The position numbers and the translations under genes are program-made. A stretch of DNA of 44,874 bases, the filler included, from Jimgerdemannia flammicorona (taxonomy: Eukaryota): the NCBI GenBank assembly GCA_003990765.1. It is 2 parts of 2 records of this genome, joined end to end, with 100 filler letters (N's around TTAATTAATTAA, not from the genome) between each part and the next. Parts side by side here need not be neighbours in the genome. Positions count along the whole stretch, not along the records: positions 22,493 to 44,874 come from RBNJ01001289.1; 1 more part is not named here. One strand, given 5' to 3'. Of this stretch, positions 22,493 to 34,100 are shown piece after piece. Under the pieces are notes generated by a model. The model was not told the DNA's origin and ran no database searches. It saw only the letters and a list, made by a program, of their open reading frames with translations. Each line of letters begins with the position of its first letter. Within the stretch, counting starts at the first letter, position 1.

Positions 22493-24705
22493 CCACATTG
22501 CAGCCCCCCCCCCCATTTCTTAGTTCAATCCTGTAAGTTCACATCTATCTCATAACAGACATCCTGCAGTAAAAAGAGATCCACCTCCAGTCTCTTTAGC
22601 TATCAAAATATGGACTTTCTCCTAGCTGCTCCCCATAACCCATTCACATTTAAAGAGAATATTCTAATTGTACTGTTCATATTGAATAATGTTTGAATTT
22701 GAGACCCCAGCCTGGTATTCCATACTCATCTCATCCCCAGCCAGCTGCTTCCAAGTCCCCCTCTGTGACAGCCTGAGCATCTAATGCCCTCCAAGATTTC
22801 TTGATATTCCACCCCATCTACCACCTCTATCTCCAACTGATAGTCTGTACATACCACTCTCCACTTCTCCAATCCCTTCCTCGAGCTCCACAAGTAAGCT
22901 GTTTGATCATTTGCAATCTCCCTAAGTTCCTCCTCTCTCTGATCATTGATCTGATATTCAACTGATTCCAAGAGGACTACTAGGATCTATTCCTCACCTT
23001 TTGCAGCATCTCCTCACCATGAAGGATTTCCTCCCAATGCCTCTCTTCTATAACCTGAAAGTCCTCTCCCCCCGGCACCTCTACTATCACCTCTTTCAGA
23101 GTCTTCCACAGCCACTTCTCCTCATCTGCTGCCTCCACCATACCCTGAGTGACCTGATCACTCTCCACCTCTGGGTCCACCAAAGTGTTCCTCCTTACCA
23201 ACTCATCCCACTCCTCATCTGGTATATCCAGCAACTCCTCCTCACCTCCTGCCTCACTTGGGACACTATACTGAGGGTAAACCCCTTCACTCATTTCCAC
23301 ATCTGCCTCTACACTGCCCTCTCTCTCCTCCCTCAGTCCATCCTGGGCCCCACCTTGGGCTGTCCTGTGTTCCTCTGCCCAGGCACTCACATACAATCCT
23401 ACTCTCCCATCTCCTTTGCTGCTGCCAGCCCCACCATTGCCCAACTTCACCAGCAGCTCCTTCTGGATCCTTCTCCCCTGTATCTTCTCCCAGGTCCCCC
23501 AATCCATCCTGATCCTCTTCCCATCAACTACTTCCACCACTGTCTTGGCTTCATACTCCTTCTAAGCCAATCTCCTCCTCTCAACTGCATCTATCAGATC
23601 CTCCAGAGCCTCAAGCAAATCCTCCTCCTCTTTCTGAGTTCCCTTCATCCACATGACCTTACACTCCACTGGGCTCCACTTCAGGGTCACCAGCCAATCC
23701 CTCATCTTCCCCATGTTCTCCTTCCTGGCCAGCCTTACCCGAATGTCAATGTCACTAGTCCAGAGCTCTGTACCCTCTCAGACCTTGAACCCGATGTCTA
23801 CAATCTCACTATACTCCTTGACTGCCCCCACAATCAGCTCTCTGGCCCTCTCCCTTGATACCATAGGAAGATCCAGCACTGTCAACTACACCACTCAGGG
23901 GTCCCAGCACATACATCTGGCCATAGAGACCACAACCCCACCCACTGTCACCCCCTTCTTCATAGTAGCCAGAAATACTTCCTCTTTCTCAAATCCCACC
24001 TCAACTCCTTCTTTCCTCTTCAAAAACTTCACCAATGCTGCCCCTTTTGTCTCTTATGCCACCAGCCCCAAGATCATCCTTGCAGTCACCACCAAGCCCC
24101 TGAAACACATTGTGACAGTAAATTCTGATCTTGATTTCTTGAGTAACAGTGCTGACACCATACCCGTCACTCCATCTGCCAGGTCCCCAGGCCTCGCACC
24201 CACCCTCTATTCTGAACCATCAACCACCATCACATCTGGATTTTTTTCCAGATCCCCAGTCACAGCCCCATCAGCAGTCACATCCCCAGCCCCTACTCCC
24301 CCCCCTCTCCTACTACTGGACACTCCCCTGGGCACTCCTCTCTATCCCCCAGCAGTAGCTGTCAGCACCTTCCTCAGGCCCAGCCAACCATCCAGACTAG
24401 AGGCCATTCTCCCCATCTTGATCTTGTCAGCAAAGGTTGACCTCTCCCCTCCTTGCTGCCTCAGGCCACCCCTCCCTCCACCACCAGTGCCTTGGCCAGC
24501 CATTAAGGCCCCTGGCATCTCCAAACCATCTCCCCTCCTCTCTACCTGTTGCCAGCCAAAGGCCCCACTGCTCTCCAGGCCAGTACACTCATCTGTATGA
24601 TCATTGCCATCCATATCAATAGTCATTGATTACCAAAAACATTATAAAAAGTATTGTCTGAGTCTTATGTCACCCAAATGATACCAGTGAAAGGTGATTG
24701 GGATT
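22493..24705 (-). mobile_element. L1/Tx1-type LINE: long ORF1 and start of ORF2 (AP endonuclease), truncated by the gap
   Basis: ORF2 starts at ATG 22680 and reads MNSTIRIFSLNVNGLWGAARRKSIF**LKRLEVDLFLLQD, the APE motifs (SLNVNGL; D...LQE-like). The upstream ~1.9-kb frame 24620-22726 has scattered stops and an RRM-like segment VV*LTVLDLPMVSRERARELIVGAVKEYSEIVDIGFKV*EGTELWTSDIDIRVRL. Confidence 0.82.
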
Positions 24706-25690
24706 AGTTGCAGTCCTCCTTTTCCTCCTCACTTCCCTTCACCCTTGATACCTTACAGATGATGGCCCCCTACATCAGTACCAAAGGTCAGTCACTTGTC
24801 TTCCCAGTAGTCTCCTTCCCAGCCAGTCAAATTCTGACATCAATATCCTCAGTCCTGAAGGTAGTCCCCTCCCACATCTGGAACCCAATATCTATCATAT
24901 TACTATATTCTGCCATCACCTCCTCTACCCTCTTGTTAGTCTCAACCTTCATCACTGTAGGCACCCCCTTCACTAGTAGCTGAACCACTCTGAGGTCTCA
25001 CCTCAGATAGTGCACCATAAGGACTACCACTTCCCCTATAGTCATTCTAGTCTTCAATATTACTTCCAGTGAGCCAGCCTCCTTAAAGCCCACCTCCACC
25101 CCCTCCAGCCTCTTCAGGAACTTTACTGAGATGGCCCCAGCCATCTGTTGAGAGATAAGTCCCAGAACCATCCTTGCTATCACTATCAAGCCCCAGAATC
25201 ACAAGGTTATAATAAACTCTGAGATCAACTTCTTGAGCAATGGTGCCACCATTAGCTCCATCACACTATCAGCTAGGTCCCCCTTCCTCTTTGGTCCCAA
25301 CTGCCCAGCCCCACCATCAGCAGTCACATCTGTATTTTTTTCCAGATTTCCAGTTACACTTCCATTAGCAGTCCCCCCCCTACTCTCAGCATCCACTCCA
25401 CTAGCCCTTCTCCCCAACTGCTGAGAGGCTGCACCTCCTACCACCCCTTCCCTCTGCTTCCCCTTCCCCTCTGCTTGCCCACCACAAGCTCCAACAGGCC
25501 ATCCTCCAGCCTTCAGTATATCTGCAAAGCTCTGCTCCCTCTGCCCTCCTGCCCCACCTCTAGTGCTACTCTCCCTGCCTAAGCTACCCTACCCACTCAG
25601 ACCACTGAAAGATCCTATCCCCAATCCAAACCCACAACTGATATATTACCAGTCAAAGGCTCCAGATCCACCTGACCTAGTATACATACT
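24706..25690 (-). mobile_element. Second, diverged copy of the LINE ORF1 (5' portion)
   Basis: Collinear with 23660-24450, e.g. GSVTGNLEKNTDVTADG vs GAVTGDLEKNPDVMVVDG, GDLADSV vs GDLADGV, VKFLKRLEGVEVGF vs VKFLKRKEGVEVGF. Confidence 0.8.
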
Positions 25691-25833
25691 GGCTTGCATA
25701 TTTATTGCTATAATCTTAGTACTTTTCTCCAATAAACATCTTGAAAGTATATTATAAAGTATGTATAATGTGAATAGTATCTGAGAAAGGTCTGACAATA
25801 TATTGATTTAAGATATTATCTCTATTATAAGTA

Positions 25834-27123
25834 TGTAGAATCTATAGATTTGTAGAAAAATGATTGAGTTATTTATTATTTAGTAATGTGAATTTACATA
25901 TATGTTAAGATTGATAATATATATATATCATATAGAGTCATATACTTATATAATATAGTTGATAACCTAATTCTACCACTTCTGCTCTATGATATATGTC
26001 TCAAACAATATAGTAAAATTAAATAAAAGACTATAACCTATAAGAATTAAGTTGTAATACTGGAATATATACTATCTATATATTAAAAAATATCTGAATT
26101 CTCTGCTTATAAGTCTGAAAATAGGTTAAGAATATAGTAAAAGATTCTCCATAGTTAGATGCCATATAGGTAGAAATAAATATCTACTCATGAATGAGAG
26201 ATATAAGTAATATTAGAGATAGATATAATATAAGACTTTTAGAAGCCTGAAAAGTCTCATGATTTCTGTTAAAATATCTAAATACTAGTTACTAGTATAG
26301 TTTACTGATATAGAGTTTCCATTATTCCTATTTCTTATATACAAAAATTGAAACTTATCTTTAAAAGAGCTTTAGTTAATAAATCTGCTATCATATACTT
26401 CATTAGTATATATTCTAGATTTATAGTGCTATTTTCTATATATTTGTATATAAAATACTATTGAATATGGATATATTTGGTTCTGTTATAATGTATAGGA
26501 TTCTTTACCAATATAATTGTAGATTAGTTGTCTTGCTGGAATAGTATAGAGTGCTGTTGCTTATATCATAACTTCTTTAACAGTTGTTGAAGCTATATAC
26601 ATAGCTTTCTTTGTTGTCATAGAGAATATTTAATATTCTGCTTATATAGATAATATTACCACTAAAGATTTTTTGAATATTTGCTATAAAATGACTCCTT
26701 TTTTGCTAATTTTAAAGAAGTATCCAGTCATAGAGTATCAATCATTGATATCTCTAGCCTAAACTATATTATATATATCAGATAGCCTCATACTACTTCT
26801 GTTTGATTTAATGCTGCCTAAAAATAGTATATAGTATACCAATCTCTTGATATACTAAAGAATATACTTAACTATCATTCAATATATATTATTATAGTAT
26901 GATGAGTACTGTACTACTTTGTTTATAGAATACATCAGACCTCATCTCAAGCATAAGATACATAAGCTTTCCTGTAGCTTATCAATAGGGAATATTATTA
27001 TTAGAGACAGTATCTGACTTTTTTAATTTTATTAAAGTATCTGAAGGAGTTCTAATGAGATTACAGTTACTTATTCCAAATCATTCTAGAATAACTTATA
27101 TATATATAGTTTGTGATAGATAT
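25834..27123 (-). mobile_element. Second Ty1/copia relic, 3' part (RT end, RNase H, probable 3' LTR ~25834-25978), interrupted by the gypsy element
   Basis: Minus-strand NPIHYNRTKYIHIQ*YFI...MIADLLTKAL (~26370-26510) and YLSQTIYI*VILE*FGISNCNLIRTPSD (~27040-27120) are copia RNase H/RT motifs. The element appears to resume for a short distance after 37630. LTR limits are approximate. Confidence 0.75.
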
Positions 27124-27611
27124 TGTAATATAGTAGATATATAACTATATAAATATATCAGATTTCTATATCTTGAAAACTTGATCTTCTTTGACTTTAC
27201 AGAGTTCTCGGGATACAAGAGTGGGTGAGTTCAAAGTGTATCTGCCCACAGGCTTACTAGTTCCTTTGCTTTCTCTTTGCTTTGAACTATTTTGATCTGA
27301 GGTTTATTTACTATAGATACTGGAGATATTTATATAAGTTTGCTAGCTATAAGGTGACTAATTTATAACTATGTTTTCTGTGAGTTACTTTTCACAAGTG
27401 TTAATCCTTAATATCTATTAAATCTTTAATGATTATTAAAACTTTAACATCTGTAAAATCTTTGTAAAGAATTTAATATTTATAAAAACTTTAATGTTTA
27501 TGAAATAACTGCTATTTATAAGACTATACAATATTTGATAATTATATTTAGGTACCATAATCAAATGTCTATTCTCCTGATTTATATTTTTGATTCAGAT
27601 CAACTATTATA
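27124..27611 (-). repeat. gypsy 3' LTR
   Basis: TGTAATATAGTAGATATATAACT...CAGATCAACTATTATA aligns end to end with 37163-37630. A purine tract on the minus strand is adjacent at ~27612-27622. Confidence 0.88.
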
Positions 27612-30600
27612 ACTTTCTTCTAAATAGGTGATTTATCTCTGAAACATCCTATTCACTTGAACTCCCAAGCTTTCACTAGTTGAATCTCCTTGTACTGTAT
27701 GATTTGTATCATTATATTCTCTCAGTAGTGTATTTTGATATGTCCAAAGTCTCCTGGGACTACTCCTCAGAAATGGGCTAGAGCTGGCTCATCATCTTTG
27801 AATAACTTATTAACTTATTTGACAATTATGATCTGAGTGTAAGAGAGCTGGCACTCTCTAATTCAGTCTTCTTTTTTCATCTCTAGCTTTAAGTTCAGTA
27901 GCTATCTCAACTTGAAGTATTCTTGAAACTCAGTCTAATTCTAGTAGGTCTTGAAATGTGAAATTTATAACAAGTGTATCAGAATAATACTCTGGATACT
28001 GTTAAAGAATTCTTCCATAATCAGTAGCTTGGTAATATACCATTGTCTTTCTATGGCTCATTGTGCAGTACTGGTGATCTTGAGGACTGTGGCAGTACTC
28101 TGTTGATTAGCCATAATACTTCTTGAGTCAATTTCAGTAAATGGTAGTGGGGATGATTATGCCTGAGAGTTTTTGTAGCCAAAAAGTAATTCCTTTTATA
28201 TCTTGCACAAGGTAAGGTCTTTCTCACTTAGGCTCTAGTTTTTGTGACCATAAAGCTTTTATTATATTCTGATATATCAGGACTTTGTCTCCTATCTTAA
28301 GAATCTTCAGAGGCTTGTAAATCTATTCTGCATTATTTCACTGTAGTATCTGTATCTTAGTTATGTAATCCTCAGTCTTTTTTCTGATTTGGTTTATTCT
28401 CTGTATCCATAAATTTCTATAGAGTATCTCTATTTAACAATAAGGTTTTTTGAGAACTTTTTTCTCCAAACAGTATCTCTTAAGGGGTAAAATAGGTACT
28501 TTGTGATTAGATATCTTGAAGAGCAGATAATGCTATTGGCAGATAGTGATCTCAGTTTTTATAGTTATCACAGATCTTGGTGATGATATTCTTGAGGATC
28601 TTATTGGTCCTTTCTGCTTATCTATTTCCCTGAGGGTAATAGACTATAGTCTGAATATACTAGATCTTATACTTCTTGTAGAGAATTCAAGAATTCTATT
28701 TCTCTATCTGTAGTTACTTATGCTAGGGTCTTGAATCAGCAGATGATTTCATTATGAAAGAAATTGGCAATTGACTATATATTGATTTCCTTGAGGGGTC
28801 CTGCCTCTATCCATTTTGTGAAAAGGTCTATAATAACAATGATATATTATTAAAGTCAGAGATAGAGGGCTAATTACATCTATTGCAATATGTGCAAAAG
28901 ATACTGGTTCTATGTATGCTGATTCTGAGGTCTGATTTCATTGATCTTATTTCTGTTTCTGATATTTGTTATAGGACATGATAAATTATCTGATATCTTT
29001 CTCTATTCCTGACCACCACATTGTTCTTTTTACTTTATTATATGTGATTGTTTCTCCTAGATGGCTGAGTTCATATACTGATTTCATTGCTTGCTCTTTC
29101 TTATATTCAGATATAATTAGTGGCTTTCATCAGTATTTCTCCATCAGTCTTGAATTGTTTCTATATTCTGATGATAATTGTTTGAATCCATTCTTCCAGA
29201 TATTAGAGCATCTTTCACTATTCCAGGTAGGTGATAATTCTATAATAGAGTTTCTTATTCATGATTCATTTATTAGTTGAGAGTTCTTTGGAATTTCTAT
29301 GAGAGGGCATCTGTATTGGCATTAGTTCTTCTAGAAAAGTGTATGATAGTTACATTACTGGCTTATAACTTCATAATCTATCTGGTATAGATTCCTTTGA
29401 GTTATCTAGTAGTCAGCAGCTGGGTAAGAGTGGAGTTGTCTGTCTGGATAGTAAAGTGTCTTTCTGCAAAATAGTAGTGAAACTTCTCTATGACCCAGAT
29501 AACTGTAAGCTATTCCAACTTATAGGATTCATACTCCTTTTTAGCTTCTCAGATTCTTTGGCTGAGATATGCAATGATATATTCTACTTTGTCTTTCTTT
29601 TAGGTCAGAATGACTCTTAGTTCTTAGGTACTTATATCTATCTACAGGATGAATTCTTGAGTCCAATCAGATCTTCTAAGGATAGATACTTGGGTTAGTC
29701 TAATCTTAAGCTTATCAAATGCTTTCTGTTATCTACCAGTCCATTGGAACTTGATATCATTTTTGTTGAGTTCATAGGTTGGGCCTGTAATGTTGGAGAA
29801 TCCTCTAATAAATCTACAATAATATGAGATAAGTTCTATGAAGACTTGGGCTTCAGTGATAGTAGTGGGCCTTGGGTATGCTACTACTACTTGAATCTTG
29901 AGCAGGTCTGTGTATATTCCATCAGTTGATGATATGACAAAGGTAGAAGATCTCAATTTCTGCAAACTTATACTTTCTGGGCTTGATGTAAAGATAATAC
30001 TGTCTTAGCTTCTCTATTATCTGCTGGATATACTGCAGATATTCTTTGGCTGTCTTACTATAGATAATAATATCACTATATAAATCATCATTCATCTTTC
30101 CATATTATAGTTGAAGATTTTGTTCATTATTTACTAAAAGCTTGCTAGTGTATTACATATTCCAAATAGTATTCACAGATAGACATAGGTTCTATCTAGG
30201 GTAATGAATGCTGATTTTTCACTTGCTGCTTCAGTGAGGCCAATCTGATAGAATTCTGAGTATAAATCCAAGGTGCTATAGTACTGTGCTTTATCTTCTA
30301 GAGTTACAAGGATGTTACTGATGAGGGGTAGTAGTTGATGATCCTTCTTTATAGTCAGGTTGTGCTTCCTGTAATTGGTGCAGAGTCTTGGAGCAAATTC
30401 TCCTAGTTTGCTTCCTTTTTTGGGGGCCAATATAACAGGTGAAGCCCAAGGGCTACTGGTTTCTTCAATAATACTGACTTCTTCCATCTGCTTGATTTCT
30501 TCTTGAAGCCATTTGTGATAGACTGGCAGAATTGACTTTGTCTTTTGATAAATTGGTTTGGTGTCTCCTATGTCTATATCATGATAGTAGTGTGGAGTCT

Positions 30601-30769
30601 TTCTCTTAATATTCTTGAAGTCTGTAGTAAGGACATCCTCAAATTTATAGAGTATCTTCTTGAGTTCCTTCTTGAGTGGGAATTTATTTCTGATAGTATA
30701 GTTATACTTGTTTGTAGTTTCCTCCTTCTTGTGATCTAGTTCTGTAATATTGATATTAGTAAATACTCC

Positions 30770-31135
30770 TCTTTCTATAGATCCGAATTCTTTCTTTCCT
30801 CATTCTGTTTCCTCCAACTTCTTAACTTCTATAATCTTCAGCTGAAGAACTGAGAGAATCAATATCTGCACCAATTGGTCCTTCTTCTTGATTGGAAATG
30901 GAATTGTAGGATTGTGGTTTCTAGCAATGAGTAGTATTTCCCCAATATAGTCTGAATCAATGACTCCTCCTTCAATAGTAATCTCACTCTTAGCCAGACT
31001 ATTTCTTGTCTTGAGGATCATAATATAGTCCTTTGGAATGGTCATTTCCAGACCAGTTGCAAGCAGAGTAATTGTCTGAGGCTCCAGTATAGTTTTCTCT
31101 ACTATGGCAATATCCATTCTAGCTGTATTCTCTGA
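30770..31135 (-). pseudogene. dUTPase domain within gypsy pol (copy A; copy B at ~34580-34945)
   Basis: Degenerate versions of the five trimeric dUTPase motifs occur in order between PR and RT: ARMDI, KTRNSLA, GGVIDSDYIGEI, DQLVQIL, *GKKEFGS. Confidence 0.88.
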
Positions 31136-34100
31136 CTTATATTCTGATAGAACTACATCAGGATGGATTTTCCAAATCTTGACCTTGATTTCTTCTTTAT
31201 CATCACTGTCCTCTAGGAGGGCTAGTGATTTGTCATTCTCTTCCTCCTCCTTTTCTTGCCTTGCCTGTTTCTTAAGAGCTATTTGTCTTCTTTTATAGTA
31301 GATTTTCTTAATTCTGCTGATATACTGGTAGCAATCATTGATATGTTTCATATAGTACATCTTGATTCTATGAGGGCAGACTCCTTGTGGTATATATTCT
31401 TTAATGATCTTTTTGTACCATTCTTCCTCACTGATCTATCTGACATTTTTCTTCTTTTTCTACATAGTTATCATATAGGCTTCTTCTTGCTCACTTTCTT
31501 CTTTCTCTATCTCAGACAGTATTTCTTTGTTGATATTGATGGAAATTTGCATCTTCTGATCTCAGTGGATGATCTACATCTTCAGACATTGAGGTCAATT
31601 ATTGCTCTGACTTTGTAAAGCCACTGGTTGTTAATGAGAATGTCATAATTAGTAGCATTGATTATGATCATATCTACTAGAATGGTTGCTCCTCCAAACT
31701 TGATGGGAACATCTCAGATCTTTCTCAAAGATATGGTTCTTATACTATCTGCTGTGATGAATACAAATTTAGTTGCTTCTTCAATCTCTCAACCTAGGCA
31801 GTCTGCTGCTTTCTTGCTGAGAAGACATTCTCCTGCTCTAGTGTCAATGATAGCCTCAATGATTCTATCTGCAATTTGATAGGTTGTATAGGCAGATGTC
31901 TTGTAATTAACTTTACTCTCTTCTCTAGAGTCTTTTTGAATATTTTTGATCTTGGTTATCTTCTATTCTTATTTCTTAGTTGTCTCAGAAAGTCCACACC
32001 TCATTTGCTATCTGAATATAGGTATTTCTGCCAGCTGGCCAAAAGTGACATTGACCTTTTGTTGACTGAGATCCTTGAAGATATCATACTTAAAAGTCTT
32101 GGTCTTATGAAGCTTCTTCTTTTCTCCTTCACTGGCTAGAGTAGTTCCTCAAATGATATCTTGAACAGCCTGTTCCAGTTCCATATCTTGATCCATTTCT
32201 CACCTTGGCTTTCTGTAGCAGTTTCCATCTGTTTTTCTACAGAGTTCTTCTTGGGTCTCTCTGCAGTCTCTTGTAGGGTTCTTTACTGACATCTTTCTTA
32301 GTAATCTGTGCAGGGTAGGTCTTCTATTCTTCTTCATCTGATTCTCCAATCTTATCAAAGATGATGGTATTGACCTGTTCCTTATTTCAAGTAGCATTGC
32401 TTGGCTGGATCTTTTATTTGATTTTGCTCATATATTTATTTGAGTAGTGGCCTTCTTCTCTACAGGTGTAGCAGATACCTCTCATTTTGTCTGTAGTAGC
32501 AGCAAATGTCTGAACTGAGTAGTAGTCTCTTTCTCTAATTTCCTTTACTGCATCTCTAAGATGGGCTATTATTTCAGCAAATTTCTTAGCAAGTTCCTCC
32601 ATTGGGTCACTGTTTCTCTGTTGCTCTGCAGCTTTTGGCTGAGGTGTGTTTTGATTGATTACTATGATAGGAATTATACTGGTTGTCTTGAGTGCTTTGA
32701 TTCTGACACTATTGACTCTTTCTATTGTGTAATCTTATAGATATCTGGCTATCCAGTATCACTGAATATAGGTAATCTTTTGTGCTAGATCCAGGACCAC
32801 TAGTGATGAGTGGGTGGCCAGGGCTATCTCTGGATAGACTCCTTTCATAAAGGTTGCCTCAGCTACTTGATCTTAAATAGTAGCAGCATAATTTATAAGG
32901 ATTATCTGATATTGAATTTCAGGTATGACTAGTAGCTTTTCTTTCTTTAGTATTTCTTCATTAGTTTCGAATTGTTTCTATATTTTGTTGATAATTATTT
33001 GTGTCTATTCTCAAAATATTGGGGCATATTTCATTATCCCAGGTAGGTGATAGTTCTATAGTAGAGTTCCTTATTTATAGTTTATTTGCTGATTGGAGTT
33101 CCTTTGGAGTATCTGTGAGAGGGTATCTGCATTGGTATTGGTTCTTCTAGGGCTGTGCACAATGGTTATATCATAAGCTTGCAACTTCATAATCTATCTC
33201 ACATAGATTCCTTTGGGTTACCCAGTGGTCAGTAGCTAAGTGAGGGCTGAGTAGTCTATCTGAATAGCAAAGTATCTTCCTGCAAGATAGTAGTGGAACT
33301 TCTCTATAGTCTAGATGACTGTGAGACATTTCAACTTATAGGATTTATATTCTTTTTCTGCTCCTTGGGTTCCTTAGCTTAGATATGTAATAATATACTC
33401 TACTTTATCTTTTTTCTGAGTCTGGACTGCTCTTAGTTCTTGTGTACTTACATCTGTCTGTAGGATGAATTCTTGGATCCAATTGGATATTCTGAGGATG
33501 AGTGCTTGAGTCAGTCTGATATTGAGCTCATCAAATGCTTTTTGTTATCTATTGGTCCATTGGAACTTGATTCTTATTGAGTTTGTAAATTGGGCCTGCA
33601 ATATTAGAGAATTCTCTAATAAATCTGTAGTAGTATGAGATGAGTTCCATGAAGGCTTGGGCTTTAGTGACAGTGGTGGGCCTTGTGTATGCTACTACTG
33701 CTTGAATTTTGAGCAGCTGTGTGTATTCTATCCTAGTTGATAATGTGACCAAGATAGGAGATCTCAATTTCTGCAAACTTACACTTCTTGGACTTGATGT
33801 ATAGGCTATACTTTCTTAGCTTTTTCATCATCTGCTGGATATGCTGTAGATATTCTTTTGCTGTCTTGCTGTAGATGATAATATTATTCATATATACTAC
33901 CATCTATCTTCCTATATCATATTGGAAGATTTTGGTCATTATTTGCTAAAAGCTTGCTGGTACATTGCATATTCCAAATAGTATTTGCAGATAGACATAG
34001 GTTCTGTCTGGAGTGATAAAGGCTGATTTTTTGCTTATTGCTTCAGTAAGACCAATCTGGTAGAATTCTGAGTATAAATCCAAGGTACTGTAATACTGTA

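Noticed and set aside
23001..24600. Long + strand ORFs (285 aa and 315 aa)
   Set aside because: They are antisense shadows of the purine-rich LINE ORF1 on the minus strand, with low-complexity L/P/S/T composition.
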